34,093 nt of DNA. Origin: Atractiella rhizophila (lineage: Eukaryota). Made by a program: the position numbers and the translations under genes. The notes beneath the pieces are model-generated. The model was given only the letters and a program-made list of their open reading frames with translations, was not told the DNA's origin and did not search any database. Below, piece by piece: positions 1-9,789 of this stretch; position 1 is the stretch's first letter, and each line of letters starts with the position of its first letter. Where the stretch lies: assembly GCA_021432655.1 (NCBI GenBank), contig MU271221.1, positions 45,256 to 79,348 on the forward strand, given 5' to 3'.

Positions 1-604
1 CTCCTCCTCCTCTTCCTCCTCCTCCTCCACCACCGCCAATGTCGACGCCTACTGCTATGCCGAGACCGATGGGCGATTCACGGTCCCAGTCGGCGCCCAT
101 CGCTCCTTCCCGCGGCACAAGATTGAGCATCTCCGAAGTGGTGCTGCTCATCCTCCTCCGCCTCTCCTCTCCCCCTCCATCCGCCCCTTCGCCGTGCGAC
201 TGCGACAGCGAATAGAAGGGAAACGCACCCGCCCCCTCTCCCGCAGCAGCCTCAGCCACCGCCCTCAACTTCCCCGCCGCACTCCGCTCCCTCCTCCCCT
301 CGCTCCCATCCCTCCCCGCATCCCGTCCCTCTCTCCCACTCCTCCCGCTCCCGCTCCCTCCCGAGCGCCCACCGCTTCCGCCGGACACACCCGCAAACAC
401 CCCAGGCGTAGACACGAGCTCAGACGTGCCCGTGAGCGGGAGGACGGTCCCTGGGGAGGGAAGGCCGGAGACGAGCGTGTGCAGCGGGTGCGCGTTGTTC
501 AGGCTCGGCGCGGAGGACGTGGGCAGAGTGATCGTCCCCGGTGCATTCCCCCGCAGAAGGCGAGGGGGACGGGCGGCGTCCGCGTACGATTTGCGACGCG
601 ACAT
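1..604 (-). CDS. RTC1: 5' part of the RTC1/WDR24-like gene, copy A (runs off the window start)
   Basis: ATG at 604 corresponds to ATG at 9789 (MSRRKSYADAARPPRLLRGNAPG...); nearly identical to copy B. Confidence 0.6.
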   Translation of the reverse strand, partial: MSRRKSYADAARPPRLLRGNAPGTITLPTSSAPSLNNAHPLHTLVSGLPSPGTVLPLTGTSELVSTPGVFAGVSGGSGGRSGGSGSGRSGREGRDAGRDGSEGRRERSAAGKLRAVAEAAAGEGAGAFPFYSLSQSHGEGADGGGEERRRRMSSTTSEMLNLVPREGAMGADWDRESPIGLGIAVGVDIGGGGGGGGRGGG

Positions 605-1104
605 TTAATATTTATTACGCATCGATCGATGCTTTTGCTGGGGGAAGTTGGCGGGAGAACGTGGGGATGTATGTCGGCGTACGCGTTCGGTACGCGTCGC
701 TGGGAAATCTGAAGAAAGCTTTTGTCAGAGCTTTTGTATTGTAAAAATAAGAGACCTGCGCGACAAAGGATGGATGGTGTCAATTTGATGAAGCCAGTTT
801 GTTTTTGCTTGCATCAGGTTCCGGAAGAGTGGAGGGTTGTTTTGCAAGCTGGGGATAGGTGGTGCTAGGAGAAATGAATTCTTTATGCTTGTATAATGGC
901 TTAAAGTCGGTAGTAAAAGCTGAGGTTTAATAGGCTGGTTTAAGGAAGGGAAAGAACATTTGCCACTGAGTGACACTGAAAGATCCATGTCTCGTTTGGT
1001 CAAAGACATGTCACAGCAATACCGCACATTTGATACATCAAGATTTGTCACTAGGAGTTCCTCAAAGAAGACAAAAGTAAATTGGTGTTCAGTCCCTACA
1101 CCAA

Positions 1105-2822
1105 CTACACAATCATATCCGTTGAACCTTCTGAAAGGGTAAACCCATAGTAACTCGGTGGATAAAGCTGAGACGCATGACGGAATGCAGATCTGATATC
1201 CTCTTCTTCCCACTCTCCAAAGAAAAGATGTAGGACAATCTGCCTCGGGGCATAACCTGTCAAGAAATCCAAGAATCCCTGGAAATTGAGGGAACAGAAA
1301 GAGAGGTCGAGGGAAAAAAGTTCGGAGAACTGGGAGAGTGATCCGATGAAGCTAAACAAGTCGTGCGGGACTTCATGACCGCCATCAAGGATTATTTTCG
1401 TCATGTCTAGTAGTGCTACAGGCTGCAAGCTTTCCGAAAACACCATGTCTGTCAGATCGAGGTGTTTGAACCATGAAGTTGGACTCAAACTGACAATGAG
1501 CTCGTCCATGGGCTGATAGCTTGATGGGAATCTGATGAGGAGGCAACAGTAGATGGACAAATAGGATAGCTTTGGACCAGAGAAGATAGGATGGATAAAA
1601 TGCGGCACGTAGATGTGCTCCAGCGACACCTCAGAAAGATTGACAGGTGTTGGCAGTTGAACATCAGTTTCTTCCATCAAAGCCAAGCTCGCAGGCAAGA
1701 CGTCAATCTGATGCCAGCTTAATAAATGGATCTTGCATAATTTTGTCCATGAGCAAGTCGTTTTAAGGAAGTTGTGCAAAGACTGTTGTGACCAACCTAA
1801 AAGAGTCAACGATTGTATGGAGCTCAGGGTTGCTAGGGCAATCAGGCCATTGCCCTCGTCGAACAATTTTGAGGAAGAAAAGCAAGAAAGTGAGACGACG
1901 GTGATTGCTTGTTGGAAGTCAATGGCTAAATCGACAAGATTCCTAACATCCACCCGTAAAGAGTCCATGAGATGGCAGTGCAAATTGGTCCAGAATCTTC
2001 TTGCCTTAGGATAAGACACCAGCTTTCGATACTTGATGAAACCCGAAGAAGGCTCGGGATCCAGGATCCGCATGTGATCCCACCAAAGTTTACAAACAGT
2101 TGAGCAGATTTTATGTGTATCGTGGTCATCCAGCACAAGCTGCTCGAAAATAAGTGATAATATTTCTACGGGTAGAGCAGCGATCGGCGACTCTGTACCG
2201 GAAGGGACAGTAGTAAGTTGAAGATGTGAAAATTGGACGCCACGGCGAATCACGAGGACGCCACTACGTTTCGCACAGACGCCACTACGTTTCACAAAGG
2301 GAACTTTGGGCAAGGCGACTGCTACTGTCGCTGTGTGCGCTTCTGAGCCGAATGGTAACTCAACTGTGACTGGCTTGACAACGTCATATTGATATGTGTC
2401 TTCCAATGTCATAGTAGCATAATCATCCAACAGCAAAGAGCAGTCAAAAGGATCCAGATAGATGTGGACTGCGTCCGAAAGATAGCGATGACGGTTTGGT
2501 AGAAAACGAATCGGACATTTTCTCGTAAGACGGCCGGTCCAATCCCAAGGCAAGAAGTGTATAAAGATGCTTCGTACGAGTGGGAGGGCGTCCACAAATG
2601 ATTGGGTCCAGCTCAGGTGTAACGTGTACGGATCGTCAAGTGTGCCGTAGCCTTCAGATATCAACATGATTGGTGTTCGCATTTCGCTACGTGATACAAG
2701 GTGCCTGTGCATAAACAAAACATCAGTGCATCACTCTTACGCCTCACGAAAGCATTCAAACTGAACTGTTACTTGATCGGCGGTCGAATTGCCGTAGACG
2801 AACGTTCACCGGCACCGTTCAT
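1105..2822 (-). CDS. F-box-like plus LRR/RNI-like protein, copy A; exons 2822-2773 and 2704-1105
   Basis: F-box motif SPIAALPVEILSLIFEQLV...ICSTVCKLWWDHM, followed by LxxLxL repeats (IQSLTL, LCKIHL, LSEVSL, LSYLSI, FKHLDL, LFSLDL). A 68-nt intron GTAACA..CTGAT..CACAG (2772-2705) joins MNGAGERSSTAIRPPIK in frame and is conserved in copy B. Confidence 0.85.
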
Positions 2823-3659
2823 CGATTATGGTCCAATATCATCGTTCTAATGTTCAATAGTCTTCATTATTCATTAATATTCATTGGTCATCGTTGAAGC
2901 AACTTTGAAGCTGAAGCTAAGCATCGCCCCCGTCAAGATGAGATGGTCCTCGCAAGATTACGATATTGCGATGAAGGTAGCCGCAGTGGATAATATGCAC
3001 TCGTTCAATAAGAGCAGGAGATTTCAAAGCCTACTCAGAAATATCTATCTCGATCCATGAGAACTACTCACCATTTGGTTAGTATACATACACGCTATCT
3101 ATTCTCTCACAGGCAATCCACTAAGGTTGCAAAGGTTTGAAGAAGGAAATAACCTATGTCATCCTTCGGTGCCGAGGCGTAGACGGTCAAATTCGCGAAG
3201 TCCTATGCATCTGATGATCGCTAGCTTTTACAAATTTCGACTTTTCGCAGTAGCTGAAATGAGTGACATTTGGCATAAATTGCAGTACAATGGGAGCGTT
3301 TAATTTCACCGATTTCATCTTCCCTCACAATTGCCGCTGTTAAGATGGATAATACGACGCAAATATGTACATTGAACCAGCGCCAACTGCCAAATGTCAT
3401 GGAGAAGCGTAGATAGTTTTCAACTCCTCGCCGACTTTCCAACGGTTTCTTCTGGTCGACTACTAAGGATTCTTGACATCTAACATCAAGTCTTATTTTA
3501 CTCAGGTCAGACTCAAAGGAACACTCATGGGACCCTTGTAGTCTATTCTCCTCAATGGCTCCTCCTGGGACTCTGAGTCCAAATACTCGCTCTCGTTGAA
3601 TGTCGAATGAACAGCTCCACAGCACGATCGACAACTACATCTTCTGCCTTCTTCCTGCT

Positions 3660-3719
3660 CAACTCCCACACTCAAAAGCGCCAACATCCCTATCCGAGAT
3701 CACAATCTCGAACCTCTCT
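3660..3719 (-). CDS. 3' tip of the XRCC2-like gene, copy A (cut by the gap)
   Basis: Matches about 13052-13111, encoding ...RFEIVISDRDVGAFECGS*. Confidence 0.7.
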
Positions 3720-3744
3720 NNNNNNNNNNNNNNNNNNNNNNNNN
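3720..3744. other. Assembly gap (25 N)
   Basis: Run of n at the junction between duplicate copy A and the ABC transporter gene. Confidence 1.
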
Positions 3745-3793
3745 ACGTCGTGTTTGCCATCCCGTTTGTTCATCTCTGACTACGTTATGACAG

Positions 3794-4935
3794 GTGCCGG
3801 AAAGTCATCAATCATGATGGCTTTTGTTCAGAATTGTGGAGCTTAGTTCTGGCAAAATCAGTGTGGATGACGTAGACATTAGCAAAATAGGTCTTTCGGA
3901 GTTGCGAGAGAAGATATCCATCATACCCCAGGAGGCCCTTCTGTTCAACGGCACGATCCGTTCAAACCTCGACCCTTTCAACGTTTACGACGATGCACGA
4001 CTCAACGATGCCCTGAAGCGAGCGTGGTTGATCGACGCTCCCTCCGATGCCTCGCCTTCGAAGTCCCGTCGACGATCTACGGAAAAGCTACCGACGGACG
4101 AAGATGGGATTGAAGCAGAGACACCCACAGCTGCCGCAAGCAAAAACAAATTTCACCTTGATTTTGTTGTCGAGGATGAGGGCTTGAATTTGAGTGTCGG
4201 CGAACGTAGTTTGGTGTCTTTGGCTCGAGCTCTTGTAAAGAACTCTCAGGTACGACTTCTTTTCCATCAGATACCCGTCGATGAACATGATCATTCCTAC
4301 TCAGATCATCGTCTTGGATGAAGGTGCGTAAATCACCAAGCTAGCTATTTATCTTGACCATTTCCCTTTAGCTACTGCTGCAGTAGTATGTCACTTCTTG
4401 CCTCTCTCGGTCTGCGCTAATTTCTGGATTCACTTAGGACTATGCAACGGTGGGTTGGTTCAAGGAATTCGGAAGCCTGCTCACAATGAGACCCAGGACT
4501 TTCGCATACAAACCACGATTCGCACGGAATTCTCTCATGCCACTCTCCTCTGCATTGGTAAACTCCTTGTTGATACAACGAGTTTGTTCTGAAATATGTC
4601 TCAGCCCATCGTCTTCGAACAATTCTCTCTTACGATCGGTGAGTCTTAATTTTGTCTCAATTTTCCTTTCAGCTTATTCCTGTCTGCAGGATTCTTGTCA
4701 TGGTGAGCTTCGTCTTCACTTCCTGTCACGTCTTATTGACTGCATCGTAGGACAAAGGTGAAGTCGCTGAATTCGACAGTCCAGAAAACCTCTTTAGGAA
4801 GGAGGATGGCATCTTCCGGCAAGTCACTCATTGCTTCTGACTTGTATGGAATCTTAACGCAGCCACAGGTCGATGTGTGACAAATCTCAGCTCACACTGG
4901 ATGATATACTCAAAGCTTCAAGCTATTATGAATAG
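3794..4935 (+). CDS. ABCC/MRP-family ABC transporter (Yor1/Ycf1-like), C-terminal NBD2, multi-exon, 5' part missing
   Basis: Walker A GAGKSS, Q-loop IIPQEALLFNGTIRSNLDP, signature NLSVGERSLVSLARAL, Walker B and D-loop IIVLDEATAAVD (assembled across micro-exons), H-loop IAHRLRTILSYDRILVM; stop TAG at 4933-4935. One apparent extra T at 3822-3825. Confidence 0.93.
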
Positions 4936-5081
4936 AGTAAAACGATAACCTAGCAACGATTCACATATAGATGTACATGAGTATCAATGCAACTGCGTCG
5001 AAATACTACAAGTGGAATAAAGTTGACCTTCAACAATAACTACCATTGTACCAAAGCAAGCAACACAGCACAGTATTTAAA

Positions 5082-8000
5082 TTAACCAACGTTTAATTCT
5101 GACCGATACACAATTTGAAGTGAAGCTGTGGACAGTGAACAAGGGGAATGCAAGCAATGGGGTGAAGGACACTGAGACATCTCATCGACAAAGTTGTCGA
5201 ATGGGCCGAGCAGAGTATTTGCGCAAAGTGTATGAAGGGCATGTCCACACTCATCACATTTCACAGCAGGATCTTTAACGCTCTTAAAGCTGCTCAATTG
5301 ATTAGTTTAGCCTTGTTTGGGTTTGAGGACAGAAGTGCTGACCAAATGACGCAGTCAAAAGGCGGCTTGCAGAATTGACAAGGACCTTGATCCACGTTCC
5401 GCTTCCCACAGCCCGAGCATAACAGCTCCGCACGAAGCTGACGGATGGTATTAGCAGAATTACCGAAGGAGTGAACAGACTTACGCGGTACGATAGCTTG
5501 ATGGTTTCCACAGGGCAGCTTGAACGCACCATCAACGCTTCAGAATGAAGGCCGTAGCTTTGGAGTACCTCTAGAGAAGTGTTACGATCGTTATATAGTC
5601 AGGTAGATAATCACTAGACATACCAAGGTACGAGACAGTAAGGTGCTTGACCCACATCATATCTATCTTTGCCCATCCTCTCACCCCTCTTGATAAAGCG
5701 TACACACCTGCCACAGCATGACAAAGTCCGATTGGTGCGTCATCATCTACGAAAGCTTGCAAATTTGTTGTTTGACACTGGCGATGATTTGTTCGTCTAG
5801 GTAGGCAAAAGCGTCCTGGACGTAGCTTAGACTACTTTTCCTGCCTGGTGGCTTGATACGTGCGAAAGGGAGAGGAGTAGGAGTATCCAGGGCTGGGCTT
5901 TCGGACCAATCAAAAGCCTTTGGTTTTACCTTGTGGCGTCCTCGTCTTGGTAGAAGCCTGGCGTGCGAAAGTTCTCCTCCTCACTAATCCAGGTCGACGC
6001 AGTTCCCCCGTCGAATCGTTATCGTCCGCATCTGAGCTATTCTCCTCCCTAACCTCCATGAACCTACCGCTACTCCTACCCTTTGACTTCGTCCCCTTGA
6101 CAGTTGTACGATACGACGACAGACTCCTACTTCTGCTCTCCCCACTGCCTCTTTTTCGCATACGGGCACTCCTCGATCGCTCCTCATACTCATCCTCCTC
6201 TGTCTCCTCATCCTGCGTTCGTAACGGAAAAATTGCGGAGGTGATGCGTCGGCTGCTGAAAGTGAGAGACGCTCTGGAAGAGACTCTGGACGAGCTTCGG
6301 GAGCGCTTATTGGGAGAGGTGAGTGGAGACATAGCAAGTGCGGCATGATCCCGCATGAGAGGCGAAGGGAATATTTCGACGGACGACTTTCGTGGGGCTT
6401 GTGACGGGAGTGAATCTGAAGAGGCCGTGTCTTCCTCAAACTGTGGTTCGAAGTATTGATCTGCCGAACGTTCATCTCTGGGAGTTGGAGGCAGAGGAAT
6501 GATCTTAGTTCTCTCCGAAGACGGTTGAGAAATTGGGTTGCCCCATCTTGAAGTCCGCGAGTAGTCTATTGAGCTGAGAGACGGATGTCTCGCGTGCGAG
6601 AGACCTGTTGATCGACGCCTCGACGTCTCTCCATTGCTCACCAATCCCAAAGCCGCTCCTCTTTCCTCCTTAGATCTGCTATCGTCCAACTTCTCCATTT
6701 TCCTCAATTCCTCATCCCACACGTTCTCCTCTCCAAACCATTCTCTCAAAAACATCCAAAACTGAACCGCCTCCATCCTCCCCGCCATCTTCGCCACCTC
6801 CAAATTCCTAGTACAGGTATCGATGAAGGAGAATGTCCCGTCAAAAGAATAGTTCTTAGCCAGAGAGTTGAACACCTCCCTCTCCCCATCGAGATTGGTG
6901 ACTGCACATCCAATTTGTTCGGGAACGTCGACAAAGAACTTTGGCCTTCGCCCAGTAACCTTCGAGGCGGTCGATCTTTTTTTTTGGGTGAGCAAGATGA
7001 GTTTGTAAATCAAAGGTAAGGGACGCACGGCTCCTCTTTCGTTGCCTTCTTCCCCCTCTCCTCATCCACCACCTCCGCCTTTGCAAACACGTACTCATCA
7101 CCATTCGCATTCAGGGCTGCTGTCACCCTCTGCACCTCATCCGCACAATACGTTCCTTCATTGATAAGGTCGTGTTGAACCAAACAACTCTCGCTCCTGC
7201 TCGTCGTCCAAATGGTATCCTGATCCGCCCAAAGAAGCGCTGAAGCCTGAGAACTGCTGCCAGCCGAAGAGTACAGGGAGTACTTTGGAATCGAAGAGTT
7301 GGATATGTCCCATACGTCGACGATGGGCGATTGGAAGGAAAGAGAGGAGGAGGTCTCGGTGAAGATTGAGGATATACCTATCGAAGCGATCTCGCGAACA
7401 TGTGAGGGACGGAAGGAGAGGCGGCGGACGGGATGGGTGGTTTTGAGCGTCTGCAAGGGTTTAGGTCTATCGAAAAGGGTAGCGTTCCATATCTGTCGCA
7501 AGATGAACAATTAACCCTGCTCTCCTAGTCCGACCCCTAGAAAATGGACTGAAAACGAACCTTGATCTTCCTATCCTGACCTCCAGAGGCGACCCAATCG
7601 ACCCACGACTTTGTCTCCTCATCGTACCCATGCGTCCAATCGACACACAACCCGCTCCCCAGATGAGCGATGGAGCTATAATTCATCCCCGGCTTCCTCA
7701 AATCCCACCTCACCAAGCTTCCGCTATCATGGACGGACGCTATCGCGTACACTTCTCCAGGCACAGGCGACAGGGCGAGGTCGCGCACCGGGTCGGAGAG
7801 CGAGTTGAGGATCATACGTGACGGTCGACCTTCGCGGATGTCCTGTCGACAGCAAAATTAGCAGGTGGGTCATGGGTAGTGGATATGCCGCACCCATAGC
7901 TTTAGGTATCCATCTTGGCTGCCAGAGATTAACCAGTGGCCTTGTTCCCCTCCGAATACTACCTTGTTGATCGCTTTCGTGTGTTCGAATTTCACCTGGT

Positions 8001-9789
8001 CTGCAGTAACCTCAAAGTTAGTAGTAACCTCCTTGGTTGAAGAAGAAAGACAGACAGAGCACTACGCCAGATGGTTGCAGTTGCCAAACAACGATCGCAC
8101 CGTTTGTACAGGCCATCGCAAGGTCCTCACTCGAATCTATCACACCCACGGTCATCATGAATCCTATTGAGCTTGGAATAAAGCGCAAGGAAAACCATTC
8201 TAATTGAATGGGAGGAATCGAAGAATAGAAAGATGGAAGAGCACTCACGATTGAAGCCCCAATCGAGTCCTGTAGCGACATACGCTTTTCCGACTTTCTC
8301 TGCGTTTCCCCCACCATCTGAAACGGTGCCTCTAACATCCCACTCCTCCTTCACTCTGTACTGCTGCTTCTCCTCGCCCAACCCAAACCCTCCCAATCCT
8401 TCGGGGAGGGAGAAGGCGACCGAATCTTCTTGTCTTCGAAGGAGGATGGACCGAGACGCCAGGAACGAGAGATGGGCGGAGAGGGAGGAGGTGGCGCGGG
8501 ATCTTTAGCGTGTTTGGATTGGGAGCGGGTTGGAGGATTGGATGGAGACGGAGGGATTATTCGGAGGATCTTTAGGGCTGTATATCACCACACCATGCAC
8601 AAAAATTGTCAGTCAGCTTGGGCTTGAGCTCGAAAGTGAGTCCATTGTATAGATATTGAAAGACATACCATTCTTGCCTACCACGCCCACGAGCTCGTCA
8701 TCTTTCCTCGACCTCTTCAAACCCACTAATCCCCCACCGTCGCTCGAATGCAGGGAGTTCCAAACCCATTCGGGTCTTCTTGTACCACATAAGCGAACCC
8801 CGACTCTTGAACCTCCTAATCTCATCATGACGCATCCGTCTCTCCCAAGCCGACAACTCCTCCTCCAACCACCTCGCCCTGCCCGCCGCTCCTCCCTCCA
8901 AACTACTCCCAGTCGCGCTCCCAAACCCGAACCCGAGCCCCATTCCGACCCCGTCCCGTCCGCGCACCCCACGGGAGGAAGAAGAGAGGATGGGTTGGGA
9001 CGCCCAGCTACCTGATGGACCGGAGGGGCCCGAGGACGAGAATCTGCCTCCGCTTCCTTGGGTTTGGGCCATTCGATGCAGGTACGATCCGGCGATGGAC
9101 CCTGAGCCGGAGCCAAGGTGGGAGAGGGAAGCGTCGTCGTGTGTACCGGTGTAGCTCGTGGAGAGAGTGGAGAAATCGGAATCCCGTCTTCCCACCACCC
9201 CTCCCCCTCCACCACCACCGCCAATGTCGACGCCCACTGCTATGCCGAGACCGACGGGCGATTCACGGTCCCAGTCGGCGCCCATCGCTCCTTCCCGCGG
9301 CACAAGATTGAGCATCTCCGAAGTGGTGCTGCTCATCCTCCTCCGCCTCTCCTCTCCCCCTCCATCCGCCCCTTCGCCGTGCGACTGCGACAGCGAATAG
9401 AAGGGAAACGCACCCGCCCCCTCTCCCGCAGCAGCCTCAGCCACCGCCCTCAACTTCCCCGCCGCACTCCGCTCCCTCCTCCCCTCGCTCCCATCCCTCC
9501 CCGCATCCCGTCCCTCTCTCCCACTCCTCCCGCTCCCGCTCCCTCCCGAGCGCCCACCGCTTCCGCCGGACACACCCGCAAACACCCCAGGCGTAGACAC
9601 GAGCTCAGACGTGCCCGTGAGCGGGAGGACGGTCCCTGGGGAGGGAAGGCCGGAGACGAGCGTGTGCAGCGGGTGCGCGTTGTTCAGGCTAGGCGCGGAG
9701 GACGTGGGGAGAGTGATCGTCCCCGGTGCATTCCCGCGCAGAAGGCGTGGGGCACGGGCTGCGTCCGCGTACGATTTGCGACGCGACAT
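5082..9789 (-). CDS. RTC1: RTC1/SEA2/WDR24-like SEACAT/GATOR2 subunit (WD40 propeller, low-complexity middle, C-terminal zinc finger/RING), multi-exon
   Basis: WD repeats (ELVGVVGKNALKILRI, ATGLDWGF, LAMACTNGAIVVWQL, SVHDSGSLVRWDLRKP, AHLGSGLCVDW, VASGGQDRKIKIW, HPVRRLSFRPSH); WDR24-like CTRNLEVAKMAGRMEAVQFW; C-terminal CGK..CQFC..CVIC..CDECGHALHTLC..CPSPHCLHSPC. Joining the 8698-9789 ORF as the N-terminus needs frame corrections near 8748 and 8390. Confidence 0.85.

Larger units (their letters stand above)
1..3719 (+). repeat. Duplicated block, copy A (matches about 9186-13111); probable alternate haplotype or segmental duplication
   Basis: caccgccaatgtcgacg occurs at 31 and 9216 (offset 9185); cgaacctctct ends at 3719 and 13111 (offset 9392). 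Gene content and order are the same. Copy A ends exactly at an N gap. Confidence 0.97.

Noticed and set aside
681..697. Two ACGCGT (MCB-like) sites upstream of RTC1
   Set aside because: Only one is retained in copy B (about 9860), and short motifs arise by chance, so function is unsupported.
3221..3634. 137-aa minus-strand ORF, with counterpart 12751-13026
   Set aside because: Truncated to 91 aa in the other copy, no recognisable motif, and it lies in the XRCC2 3' UTR / F-box promoter region.
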